This document shows positions 38,383 to 46,980 of a stretch of DNA of 50,370 nucleotides, in pieces. The notes below the pieces were generated by a model that was given only the letters and a program-made list of their open reading frames with translations, ran no database searches and was not told where the DNA came from. Each line of letters starts with the position of its first letter. Positions within the stretch are counted from its first letter, which is position 1. The DNA is taken from positions 1-50,370 of IMG/VR virus record IMGVR_UViG_3300028842_000131; one strand, given 5' to 3'. The DNA is from a virus. Both the position numbers and the translations under genes were made by a program.

Positions 38383-39692
38383 TGCTCCTCTCGTAGATCT
38401 CCGAATCGAGTGAGCGAGTCCGCCCACCCGAGGGTTACCTTTCCGGTGGCCCCGTCTCGCGCCTTCGCGACGATCACGTCACAGAGGCCACGCCCGTCGT
38501 CGCCGTAGTAGTCGGGCCGACTCAGGAACAGCACCGAGTCAGCGTCTTGCTCGATCGCCCCGGACTCCCGAAGGTCCGAGAGCTGGGGCTCCTTGTCGGC
38601 TCCACGCTGTTCAACGCGCCGGCTGAGCTGGGCGAGGGCGACCACCACGACGTCCAGGTCTCGCGCCAGTGCCTTCAGCCCGCGGGAGAGTGCCCCGACC
38701 TCCCGCTCGCGGTTCTCGTTCCGTCCCTGGGACCGCGTTCCCATGATCTGGAGGTAGTCGACGAAAACGACGTCGAGCCCGGTGGTCCGCGCCATCCCGG
38801 TGGCCTTGGCCCGGAGCTCGACGACGGTCATCGCGGACGAGTCGTCAATCCAGAGCGGCCACTGCTCGAGCCAGGCGGCGCTGACGTAGAGGGCCCGCCT
38901 CTCCGCCCGCGTGAGGACCCCGGCCTTGATCCGGGAGCCCTCGACGCCGGTGACCGACGACTGGAGCCGGCGGATGACCTGGGGGCCACCCATCTCCAGA
39001 GACGCGAACAGGACCTTGTAGCCGCCGCGGGCCTGAGCGAACGCCTGGTGAAGGGCGAAGGCCGTCTTGCCCATTCCGGGCCTGCCGGCCACGACGATCA
39101 GCTCGCCGCGGGAAAAGCCCATCGTGAGCTTGTCGAGGTCGCGGAAGCCCGTCGGCAGTCCCGCCAGGCCGGTCGCACCGAGCCGCCCCCTGGCGCTCCT
39201 GACGTTCGCGTGGGCCAGGGCACCGGCCCTCTCGGCGCGCCTCGCGGAGCCTCCCGATAGCCCCGCCAGAGCCTCCTGGGCGGCCTCCAGGACGTCAACG
39301 GCATCCCGTGCCGACGTTGCCCCTGCCGCCACCCTCGTGGCCGTCTGGGCCATCCTACGGCGCAGCGAGGCGTCCCGGACCTGGTGCGCGTAGTGGATAG
39401 CGTTCTGGACGTCCGGGACGTCGTCCAGAAGCGCCGCCAGATACCCGACCCCGCCAGCCCTCTCGAGCATCCCATCGCGCTCGAGCTCGTTCGTCAGGAT
39501 CACGAGGTCAACCGGGCGTCCCTTCTGGGACAGACCAACCAGGGCCCGGTAGATGACCTCGTGAGACTGCTCGGCGAACTCGGACCCCTCGAGGATCTGG
39601 ACGACGTCGTTGATCTTGGCCGGGTCGATGAGGAGGGCCCCCAGAAGGGAGCCCTCCGCCCGAACCCGACTCGTGAGGTCCGGAGCTACCAC
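38379..39692 (-). CDS. dnaB: Replicative DNA helicase DnaB, 437 aa
   Basis: LPTGFRDLDKLTMGF, Walker A AGRPGMGKTAFAL, VFVDYLQIM and ALAQLSR. Confidence 0.95.
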   Translation of the reverse strand: MVAPDLTSRVRAEGSLLGALLIDPAKINDVVQILEGSEFAEQSHEVIYRALVGLSQKGRPVDLVILTNELERDGMLERAGGVGYLAALLDDVPDVQNAIHYAHQVRDASLRRRMAQTATRVAAGATSARDAVDVLEAAQEALAGLSGGSARRAERAGALAHANVRSARGRLGATGLAGLPTGFRDLDKLTMGFSRGELIVVAGRPGMGKTAFALHQAFAQARGGYKVLFASLEMGGPQVIRRLQSSVTGVEGSRIKAGVLTRAERRALYVSAAWLEQWPLWIDDSSAMTVVELRAKATGMARTTGLDVVFVDYLQIMGTRSQGRNENREREVGALSRGLKALARDLDVVVVALAQLSRRVEQRGADKEPQLSDLRESGAIEQDADSVLFLSRPDYYGDDGRGLCDVIVAKARDGATGKVTLGWADSLTRFGDLREEQ

Positions 39693-40804
39693 CGAGCGAT
39701 CTCGACGACGTCCTTACCGGTAGAATGCCAGATGGTGACATCACCGGGGTCCGGCGACTTCACCTTGATGTGTGTCAGCGGCACCCACTTGCCGTCCATA
39801 CCATCGACCTCGAGCCGACAGGCACCGCGCTCCGAGACGAGCCGAATGGTGTCGAAGCCAGGGGTACCGTTCGCGCGCGCCAGGAAGCGCTTCTCGGCAT
39901 CCTTGCCGACGAGCTCGGCCTCACGCTGGAGGATCTCGAGCCTGGCGGCCTCCTCCTTCTTCTTGGCCTCCCGCCTCTCCGTCGCGGCCTTCGCCGCCGC
40001 GACTCGCTGCTCACCGCACCAGACGTCGTACGTGTAGTCGGAGGTGACGTTGGGGGAGAGACGCTGCGGCGGCTTGACGAGGAAGCCGCGCGACGGCACC
40101 CCGTTGAAGATCCGTGTGTCGACGTTCACGCACCCCATGCCGCCCTTCGAGAGGAACTTCACGGCCGGGAAGTACTCCTCGGCGAAGGTCGGCCCGCAAA
40201 AGTGGGTACCGGGCGCGATGTACATGGCCGTGTCGCCGATCTTCCACTCGTCGGAGCGCTCGACGGTGAAGAGATCCCCCTCGATCGGGATCATCACGAG
40301 GTTGTCGAGGGTCGGGTGCGGGATCTTCGCCTTCACCACGAAGGTGAAGCCGCTGGGCTTGGTGGTGACGCTGGTGTACTTGGGCAACTTGCCCTCCTTT
40401 CGCGTGCTGCTGCTGGCCGGGGTCGAGGCAACCTTGCCGGCCGAGTTGATGTAGACGAGGTCGCCAGCCTTGATCGTGCCGACGGCGACGGCGCTCTGGC
40501 TCGTATTGGGGCGGAGGCCCGCGGAGCCGAGGAGGAAGTCGGACCGGAGCGGCACGATGTCGCCGTCGACGGTGTTCGCCATGGCAATCCCGATCGGCTG
40601 GCTGGTCGGGGTGATCCACGGTGCCTTCTGGGACCGGGGCGTGTTGAACGAGGGGTCGAGGGCCCTGGACTTGGTACCGTCCATCCAGGTCGCACCGGTA
40701 CCTGGGGTTCGCCCCTCGTCGACCCACCCGACGGTGTCGCTCCACCGGTACCGGTGCCAGCCCCTGTTGACGGTGTAGATGTCGCGGACAGACTCGGGCG
40801 TCAT
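39686..40804 (-). CDS. Hypothetical protein, 372 aa
   Basis: Internal ATG (MTPESVRDIY...) with ATGA overlap on the upstream stop. The N-terminal 55 aa of the ORF-track model are Arg/Pro junk. Beta-rich with a C-terminal charged helix. Confidence 0.75.
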   Translation of the reverse strand: MTPESVRDIYTVNRGWHRYRWSDTVGWVDEGRTPGTGATWMDGTKSRALDPSFNTPRSQKAPWITPTSQPIGIAMANTVDGDIVPLRSDFLLGSAGLRPNTSQSAVAVGTIKAGDLVYINSAGKVASTPASSSTRKEGKLPKYTSVTTKPSGFTFVVKAKIPHPTLDNLVMIPIEGDLFTVERSDEWKIGDTAMYIAPGTHFCGPTFAEEYFPAVKFLSKGGMGCVNVDTRIFNGVPSRGFLVKPPQRLSPNVTSDYTYDVWCGEQRVAAAKAATERREAKKKEEAARLEILQREAELVGKDAEKRFLARANGTPGFDTIRLVSERGACRLEVDGMDGKWVPLTHIKVKSPDPGDVTIWHSTGKDVVEIARW

Positions 40805-41175
40805 GCCGCCTCCCCAAAGATCGCCCGCTGGAGCTGATAGACCACGGACTCCTCCTTCTCTCGGCTCCACGTCGGGCAACGCTCGGCGGCCTCGCCCATC
40901 TCCATCAGGAGGGCGTGGAGCATCTCGTGGCCGGCGTCGACGAGTAGCTCCTTGTGGGAGCGCTTCCACGCGGCCTTGGCGTTAACGATCACGTTGAAGG
41001 CGTTAGCATCGTCGAGGCCCCTGCCCGTCCTGGAGATGGCGATGATCGCCCCGTCCGCCATGTCGGACTCGTTGGCGACCTCGACCTGGATGTTGTAGCG
41101 GACGCCCAGGCGCTCCTGGGCATCGTTGATGGCCTTCAGGACCCGCTTGACCGTGTAGGACTCGGTCTTTGTCAC
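40801..41175 (-). CDS. Small HExxH-motif protein (putative zinc metallopeptidase), 124 aa
   Basis: GTG (VTKTESYTV...) 1 nt after the upstream stop. Contains VDAGHEMLHALLMEMGE. Confidence 0.65.
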   Translation of the reverse strand: MTKTESYTVKRVLKAINDAQERLGVRYNIQVEVANESDMADGAIIAISRTGRGLDDANAFNVIVNAKAAWKRSHKELLVDAGHEMLHALLMEMGEAAERCPTWSREKEESVVYQLQRAIFGEAA

Positions 41176-41176
41176 G

Positions 41177-41521
41177 TCAGTTGACGACGGCTTCGCCGGC
41201 CGGGGTGATGCGCACCCAGATCCACCACTCGGCCCCGGTGGAGCTGTCCCACCGGTGGACGCGCAGGTAGCGCTCGGTGATGCGCTTCGTGGCGGTGGTG
41301 ACGTCGGTGGCGCCAGGCTCCGCAACGACCGTCGTGTCGACGGGCCCAGGCGCCGGCTCACCCGTGGGGAGCGTCGCCACGTTCGTGGGTGCGTCGTACG
41401 ACCTGTGCATCTCGAGCGCGGGCACGCCCGGTCGTTCGAAGAGCCCGTGCTCGCACCAGATGTTGGGGCAGGGGAAGTTGCCGCTGTGGTCGCGGTAGCA
41501 GGGGCGGATGTTCGCGCTCAC
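41177..41521 (-). CDS. Hypothetical protein, 114 aa
   Basis: GTG with GTGA overlap on the phosphoesterase stop. Cys-containing N-terminus (CYRDHSGNFPCPNIWCEH). Confidence 0.6.
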   Translation of the reverse strand: MSANIRPCYRDHSGNFPCPNIWCEHGLFERPGVPALEMHRSYDAPTNVATLPTGEPAPGPVDTTVVAEPGATDVTTATKRITERYLRVHRWDSSTGAEWWIWVRITPAGEAVVN

Positions 41522-42312
41522 GCTCTGATCTCCATTCCGTTGACGACGCACCGGTAGGAGCGCCGGAAGTGAACGGGGGTCACCGCGAAGGCGTTCCCCC
41601 CGCCGAGCTCGTAGTCGAGGATGACGAGCCCCTGGTTCCAGTTCGGCCGCATGCGGAGCCACTCCGGCGTGCGGTTCTGGAGGTGCCCGCACTCCGTCCA
41701 GCTCAGCTCGGCCCCCTCGGTCGTGAAAGAGAACGTCCCGAGCCGATGAGTATGGCCAGACGCGCCGCTCACCATCGTGGCCATCAGCTCGGACTTGGCC
41801 GACTGCCCCGCGTCCTTCCGAATGTGGCTGCCGTGGGTAACGATGAAGGCCGGGTTGACGTGATACGTCGGTCGCAGTCCGCCGGTGAAGCCGAAGCGCT
41901 TGAGGTCCATCAGCCCACCGAGGTCGAGGGCGCCAACGAGGGCCGGGTTCTTCCAGATGAACCGCACCAGGCGCTCCTCGTGGTTGCCGATGATCTGGAT
42001 GCGCTCCGTCTTGCGCGGCAGCACGCTGTCGAGGCGCTCGTAGAGTTGGTGCTGCAGGTCCAGCTCTCGCTTCACCGAACCGATCGCGATGTCGGGGTTG
42101 TTGTCGAACCGGCTGAGCCCGTAGAAGTCCAGCACGTCGCCGAGCTGGATGAACAGCGACGGCCGCACGGCTGCGGTGACCCGAAGAGCGAGGAGAATCG
42201 CGCGGTCGTCCTGGTCACCCAGGTGGGTGTCCGGCCAGAGGACCGCGCGTCCGTAACGCCCAGCGGGCCCATCCGGGGCCGGCGGCGCGGTCGCCCAGAT
42301 GGGTTCGCTCAC
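41518..42312 (-). CDS. Calcineurin-like metallophosphoesterase (NinI-type phosphatase), 264 aa
   Basis: Motifs LWPDTHLG, QLGDVLD, GNHEERL, THGSH and GHTH. Confidence 0.9.
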   Translation of the reverse strand: MSEPIWATAPPAPDGPAGRYGRAVLWPDTHLGDQDDRAILLALRVTAAVRPSLFIQLGDVLDFYGLSRFDNNPDIAIGSVKRELDLQHQLYERLDSVLPRKTERIQIIGNHEERLVRFIWKNPALVGALDLGGLMDLKRFGFTGGLRPTYHVNPAFIVTHGSHIRKDAGQSAKSELMATMVSGASGHTHRLGTFSFTTEGAELSWTECGHLQNRTPEWLRMRPNWNQGLVILDYELGGGNAFAVTPVHFRRSYRCVVNGMEIRA

Positions 42313-42489
42313 CTAGTTCGAGGCCTTGTGGCGGCCGACCGGGCGCATCGTCACGCCGGCCCGCTTGAGGGTCGCGTACACGGCGGTGGCGCTGACGCCG
42401 ACCTTGGCCGCGACCTGGCCGATCGAGAGCCCCTTCTTGGTGTAGAGGTCGATCCGACGGTTGGTGTCCTTGACGCTGAGCTTCTTCAC
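42313..42489 (-). CDS. Small helix-turn-helix protein, 58 aa (below cutoff)
   Basis: GTGA overlap with the rusA stop. Ends 1 nt before the next start. Translation VKKLSVKDTNRRIDLYTKKGLSIGQVAAKVGVSATAVYATLKRAGVTMRPVGRHKASN. Confidence 0.6.
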   Translation of the reverse strand: MKKLSVKDTNRRIDLYTKKGLSIGQVAAKVGVSATAVYATLKRAGVTMRPVGRHKASN

Positions 42490-42848
42490 GAGATCTCCTT
42501 CACGACCACGACGATGCGCGGTCGGTGTTTGTCCACCGCCACAATGTGGCGTGGGGGTTGCGGTACGAACTTGCGGTTGTCGTTGGGGATCACGCCGGCT
42601 TCGACGAGCCCGTCAAGGATGAATTTCTGGCCAGCCGTCAGGTTGTCGGCGTCGCGCCGGATGTCGCGCTCGAACCAGTAGATCTCCACCTGGACGGGCC
42701 CATCGAACTTGCCCTTCCCGCGGCAGGCGTCGGCGCATCTCTTCGTGAGCCGCTTCTTCTCTGCGGCGGCGCCAAACCTGTTGCTGCGCGCGGACCCGAG
42801 CATCTCGTTGAGCCCAGGGAGGCGCCCGTCGAGCTCGAACTGAATCAC
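42486..42848 (-). CDS. rusA: Holliday junction resolvase RusA, 120 aa
   Basis: RRDADNLTAGQKFILDGLVEAGVIPNDN signature. Confidence 0.88.
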   Translation of the reverse strand: MIQFELDGRLPGLNEMLGSARSNRFGAAAEKKRLTKRCADACRGKGKFDGPVQVEIYWFERDIRRDADNLTAGQKFILDGLVEAGVIPNDNRKFVPQPPRHIVAVDKHRPRIVVVVKEIS

Positions 42849-43300
42849 ATGACCTCCAAGAGACCGGACCCGATTGCCTTGTTGACGGCAGACTCGGCTG
42901 TTGCCCGGCTCCGCTTGGTGACACGCTCGACGGCGCGGATCAGCTCTTCCTTCGGAATCGACTGGGCAGCCTTGGATCGGATGAAGAGGTCCAGGTCATC
43001 CGTTACGCGAGCCGCAGCCGACGGGCTTACCCTGACGCTCGAGCCCGGCGTCACGGGGGCTCTGCGCTCGAACCCCACGCTAAAGCCGTCCTTGCACACG
43101 CACTTGACGACCCCTCCTTTCGTCTTGATGTGGCCGAAGCCGAGGCATCGGTCGCACCTGTTTCGTTGGGCACTCACCTCACGGGCCGCCGCAGCGAGCA
43201 ACTCGTCAGTCCCCACGATCTCGGCGAATACGAGGTCCGAGTCGTCGGTAGCGCATAGGCCGTCCTCGCCGAGAAGCGCGCCGCACTCCTCACAGTTCAC
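42845..43300 (-). CDS. Cys-rich putative DNA-binding protein, 151 aa
   Basis: GTG with GTGA overlap. Motifs CEEC...C, CDRC and CVC, followed by a helical C-terminal domain. Confidence 0.6.
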   Translation of the reverse strand: MNCEECGALLGEDGLCATDDSDLVFAEIVGTDELLAAAAREVSAQRNRCDRCLGFGHIKTKGGVVKCVCKDGFSVGFERRAPVTPGSSVRVSPSAAARVTDDLDLFIRSKAAQSIPKEELIRAVERVTKRSRATAESAVNKAIGSGLLEVM

Positions 43301-43902
43301 TCGGCCCACCGACTGACGGGACGGTTCTGCTGGCGGTCGAACCACCCGATCAGGAAGCGCCGCATCCCCTTGGCAGTCTTCCGGCGCGACGGGTTGTTGA
43401 TGAGCCACTCGCGTGCCCGGCGAAGCTCCCTCACGAGGTCCAGGGCCGGGTAGAGGTCGCGTACCGAGTCGACGAAGTCCGAGTGAACCGGCACGGTCTT
43501 CTGGGCGCCTGCAGCGTCGAGCTCTACCACCAGGATCGAGCCGGCGGCCCCGCCGAGGCTCACAGTGGTGTCACGCTCCGGCGTCGCGAACAGCTCCCCC
43601 TCGGCCGGCTCCGGGAACTCCTCCGCCCTGCGGAAGATCTTCTTAGCGCACAGCTCCTCCATCACCTTTCCGGTGCGGTCTGGGGACCACGAGAACGGGA
43701 GCCTCCTGGCCAGGTCCTCGTGGTCGAGCGGTATCCGGTTACCGAGCTTGCTAGTAAGCAGCCACAAGTAGGGAAGTGCGGCCTTCGCATCGTCGCTCAG
43801 CTCGTAACGGAGCCAGTCCTCCGAGAGGAGGTCCACGTAGAGCTTGATGTGAGGAGCGCCGCGCACCCCCTTGTGCCGTAGCAACTCGGCATAGTGGCTC
43901 AC
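43297..43902 (-). CDS. Replisome organizer / replication initiator-like protein, 201 aa
   Basis: The N-terminus (IKLYVDLLSEDWLRYELSDDAKAALPYLWLL) and the C-terminus (KGMRRFLIGWFDRQ) resemble phage replisome-organizer / DnaD-like proteins. Assigned from motifs only. Confidence 0.6.
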   Translation of the reverse strand: MSHYAELLRHKGVRGAPHIKLYVDLLSEDWLRYELSDDAKAALPYLWLLTSKLGNRIPLDHEDLARRLPFSWSPDRTGKVMEELCAKKIFRRAEEFPEPAEGELFATPERDTTVSLGGAAGSILVVELDAAGAQKTVPVHSDFVDSVRDLYPALDLVRELRRAREWLINNPSRRKTAKGMRRFLIGWFDRQQNRPVSRWAE

Positions 43903-43904
43903 GC

Positions 43905-44195
43905 TTACGACTCCAGCGACTTCGCGAGCTTCTCGAGCCTGCTGGCTCGATCGACCAGGGCCGACGCCTGCGCCAGCAGAAGGTTGGCGGCCCCCTGAAC
44001 GAGCGAAGCCTTCTTCGCCAGGCTGAACCCGGAGCCCACGCTCACGACCGGGTAGCCCGCCTCGTTCAGCTCGGCGACGGCACGCCTCACCTCTTCCGAG
44101 AACATGTGGATGTTGGCGAGATCCCGTCGCGTCACGGGATGGTCCATGCGAGAGAGCGTGTCGAGGATCTGGTCCGCGGACTTGGTCAGTGCCAC
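43905..44195 (-). CDS. Winged-helix-like protein, 96 aa
   Basis: GTG (VALTKSADQILDTLSRMDHPVTRRDLA...) 5 nt after the upstream stop. The longer ORF-track N-terminus is Arg-rich junk. Confidence 0.55.
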   Translation of the reverse strand: MALTKSADQILDTLSRMDHPVTRRDLANIHMFSEEVRRAVAELNEAGYPVVSVGSGFSLAKKASLVQGAANLLLAQASALVDRASRLEKLAKSLES

Positions 44196-44200
44196 GTCGC

Positions 44201-44410
44201 TCACTTCTTGTCGCCCCCCAGCTTCTCGTCGAGGAGGCCGAACTCCCGTCTGAGCTCGAGCAACTTCCGCGCCGCTATGATCTGCTGCTCCGCGAGCACC
44301 GCAGACTGCTTGCGAACGTAGGCGACCACCAGCCCGACGCCGAAGAGAATTCCGAAGACGAGCGAGATGACGTTGCTGGCGGCCCACAGGAACGTCTGAA
44401 GAGTCGTCAC
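44201..44410 (-). CDS. Small membrane protein, 69 aa
   Basis: GTG with GTGA overlap. TM helix WAASNVISLVFGILFGVGLVVAYV. Confidence 0.5.
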   Translation of the reverse strand: MTTLQTFLWAASNVISLVFGILFGVGLVVAYVRKQSAVLAEQQIIAARKLLELRREFGLLDEKLGGDKK

Positions 44411-44724
44411 GGGATGACCCTCCACTTCCTGATCTCGTACGAGATGTTCTTGACCTTGCCGACCGTCACGAAGTCGGGGCCGACGAACGTCACCTCCCAG
44501 CGATCGTTCGCGGCGTCGACGACGACCTGGCCGGGGTGGACCCAGTCGATCTTCTTCGGCGGGCCGTAGGGCTGCTCGAGCCCCAGTGTATCGGGCATCT
44601 TCTCCTCCGTCAGTAAGGCGATGGCAGCCTTGGCCGCCGCCAGCGAGAAAAGAGCGAGGGTGGCGTACTCGATTGGGTGCGCGAGGGCCCACTCGGCAGC
44701 CACCCTCAGGAGCTCGGGGTTCAC
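44407..44724 (-). CDS. Hypothetical protein, 105 aa
   Basis: ORF track. GTGA overlap. Confidence 0.65.
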   Translation of the reverse strand: MNPELLRVAAEWALAHPIEYATLALFSLAAAKAAIALLTEEKMPDTLGLEQPYGPPKKIDWVHPGQVVVDAANDRWEVTFVGPDFVTVGKVKNISYEIRKWRVIP

Positions 44725-45074
44725 TCGACTAGGTCCGGGTAGAAGCCGGCGTCGAAGTAGGCGAGGAAGTACTTGAACTCGCGCGGAGTCCTCACCTTGA
44801 TCAGCCGCTCGCCATCTCGACGCCTAGACACTGGATTACCGGCGTCACCGAACACATCCCAGTAGCGCGCCAGCGGGGCCGCTCCGGCCAGGAAGTACGT
44901 GTCCTGGGCATCGACCCACACGGCACCGGTGGCGCGGCACACCGGATCTCTTGACGATGTCAGACGAACCCCCTGCGGCAGGTCGTCGAGCGGCTTCATA
45001 TTCAGCGCCACTCGATACCTGTTGACCAACACCAGGGCACGGCGCCTGGCATCGGCCGCTAGCGGGTTCGTCAC
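44721..45074 (-). CDS. Hypothetical protein, 117 aa, paralogue of 45071..45433
   Basis: GTG with GTGA overlap. Shares L..LP.G...C and F..FD.G..P(D/E)LV(A)E with the upstream gene. Confidence 0.6.
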   Translation of the reverse strand: MTNPLAADARRRALVLVNRYRVALNMKPLDDLPQGVRLTSSRDPVCRATGAVWVDAQDTYFLAGAAPLARYWDVFGDAGNPVSRRRDGERLIKVRTPREFKYFLAYFDAGFYPDLVE

Positions 45075-45433
45075 TCCGCCACCAGCTCCGGGATCTTCCC
45101 GTTGTCGAACAGCTTGACGAAGCGCGCGACCGGGCTCGACTTGTAGAAGTAGGAGCCCGACACGGATGGATTCTCCTCGCTCTCCGGCTCGCGGAGCTTC
45201 CCGAGGAGCGCCGGCCGCTTCTTCTCGATCACCTTGACGAGCTCGTAGCTGTCGACGGTCAGGCCGGACTTGATGACCTCGATGCCGGGGACGTCGATTC
45301 CGCGCGCCAGCGGGCACGAGTCGACCATCGCGATGTCGCCCTTCGGGAGCTTCTTGAGCGGCTTCTTCCGGAACAGCCGACGGATGTCGTTGACGAGCCC
45401 CAGGACTTCCGCCGTGTCCACACTCTTGGCCAT
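45071..45433 (-). CDS. Hypothetical protein, 120 aa
   Basis: ORF track. GGAGGA RBS. Confidence 0.7.
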   Translation of the reverse strand: MAKSVDTAEVLGLVNDIRRLFRKKPLKKLPKGDIAMVDSCPLARGIDVPGIEVIKSGLTVDSYELVKVIEKKRPALLGKLREPESEENPSVSGSYFYKSSPVARFVKLFDNGKIPELVAE

Positions 45434-45461
45434 GATTCCTCCAGTAGTTGCGTTGCGAGAA

Positions 45462-45479
45462 GGGGCGCCGGAGCGCCCC
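45462..45479 (-). terminator. Intra-operon hairpin GGGGCGC-N4-GCGCCCC (possible attenuator)
   Basis: 7-bp GC stem in the 60-nt gap after the DUF669-like gene. The U-tract is weak. Confidence 0.3.
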
Positions 45480-45493
45480 CGCTACGACGACGG

Positions 45494-45967
45494 CTAACCC
45501 TTAGCCCAGGGCTCCGGCTCGCTGGTCTTCGCGACCGAGCTCGGATCGAAGGCCTCGACGGCCGCCTCGACGGCCGCCAGGTTCGTGAACGGCTTCCCCT
45601 CGTTCCTGGTGCCGGACTTGCCCACCGTGGTGGTGAGGCGGCCCCGGAACTTCCGTCCGGCAGCCTTCGGGAGGTCGATGGACCCACGGTCGCCGGGCAG
45701 CGACTCCTCCTTGAGGCCGACGGCGTCGAGGAGCGCCAAGAACTTCCCGCCGCCGAAGCTGTTGGTGATCTCGAAGCGCTCGAGGTGGACGCGACCCTCG
45801 TGCTCGCCCTCGTCGACCTGGAAGGCGCCGAGAATGAAGGGCTCACCGGAGCCCTCCTTGAACTTCTCCTGAAGGGACTTGATGGTGAAGACGTAGTCGC
45901 CGGCCGGCGGCGGGTACCCGAGGCTGGCGGCGGCGACCTTGGCGGCGGAGAGGTTGGGGATGATCAT
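45494..45967 (-). CDS. DUF669-like protein (SSB-like partner of Sak4-type ATPases), 157 aa
   Basis: Internal ATG (MIIPNLSAAK...) 2 nt after the ATPase stop. Its size and its position directly after an AAA_24-type gene are typical. Confidence 0.65.
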   Translation of the reverse strand: MIIPNLSAAKVAAASLGYPPPAGDYVFTIKSLQEKFKEGSGEPFILGAFQVDEGEHEGRVHLERFEITNSFGGGKFLALLDAVGLKEESLPGDRGSIDLPKAAGRKFRGRLTTTVGKSGTRNEGKPFTNLAAVEAAVEAFDPSSVAKTSEPEPWAKG

Positions 45968-45968
45968 G

Positions 45969-46979
45969 CTACTGGTTCTCCTTCTCGAGCTGTGCCGCCA
46001 GGCTGTCGGCCTTGGCGACGGGTTTCGGGGCACGGGCCTGGAGGAGCCCGTAGAAGTCACGCTTCTGCTTTGGGTCGGTGATCAGAGCGGCGTCGCTGAT
46101 CCCGAACCGGGCGATCACCTCGCGATACGCCTCCTGGCCGATACGGTCGCACTGGCGGAAGACCGCCTCGAGGAAGGCCTCGTCGCGCGGCGGGGCCGGC
46201 GCTTCCACGGGAGCCGGCGGCTCTTCGGCGCGCTCGCTAGCTACCGGCTCGGCCGACGTCAGGGCACCGACCTGGATCGCCGAGCGCTTGTCGGCCCACT
46301 CCCGCAGGATGCCACCGAGATCACGCCCCGGCCTCAGGAAGGTGACGCCGTCGAGGGCCCGGATGCGGGTCTTGGAAGCCACCGCGTTGTGGTCGCGGTC
46401 GAGCGTGAGGTTCACGGTGAACTCGTACTCGATGCCGTCCCGGAAGATCGGGGCCATGCCCACCTTCCGCGGGAACTGCTTGCCGCGATCGTTCGTCTCC
46501 ATCACGTACTCGGTCTTGGTCCTGAGTGTCGTGATGATGTGGCAGGGACTCGCGAGGATCTTCTCGACGAGGGCGTTGTGGAGGGGCGTCACGTCCCGCC
46601 AGGCCGTGTAGGAGTTGCCCGACTCCTTGGCCGCCTTCGCGTGAATGGCCAGGGTCCCGTCGTATCCCGCCCAGGCGTGGGTCAGGGAGTCGACCACGAT
46701 GACGTCGGCACCGTCTCGTTCGGCGGCGACGATCGCGTTGATGTAGGCCTGGGGATGGTAGGTCGCGAGCTCGAGGTAGTTCTCGGCGGCCCACGGGAAG
46801 TCCTCGTCGTAGAGCAGTGCCGAGCCATGCTCTGTGTCGATGACGCGACGACGCTCCCCCAGGGCCTCCGCTAGGGCGAGGGCCGTCCAGGTCTTGCCGG
46901 CGCCCGAAACCCCCTCGAGATTCAGGCGGAGGCGCCTTGGGCGCTTGGCCGCGCTTCCGAACTGGAACTGCTGTTCCAC
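45969..46979 (-). CDS. Sak4-like (AAA_24) RecA-fold recombination ATPase, 336 aa
   Basis: Walker A LEGVSGAGKTWTAL and Walker B VIVVDSLTHAW, with an extended acidic C-terminal region. Confidence 0.8.
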   Translation of the reverse strand: MEQQFQFGSAAKRPRRLRLNLEGVSGAGKTWTALALAEALGERRRVIDTEHGSALLYDEDFPWAAENYLELATYHPQAYINAIVAAERDGADVIVVDSLTHAWAGYDGTLAIHAKAAKESGNSYTAWRDVTPLHNALVEKILASPCHIITTLRTKTEYVMETNDRGKQFPRKVGMAPIFRDGIEYEFTVNLTLDRDHNAVASKTRIRALDGVTFLRPGRDLGGILREWADKRSAIQVGALTSAEPVASERAEEPPAPVEAPAPPRDEAFLEAVFRQCDRIGQEAYREVIARFGISDAALITDPKQKRDFYGLLQARAPKPVAKADSLAAQLEKENQ

Positions 46980-46980
46980 G

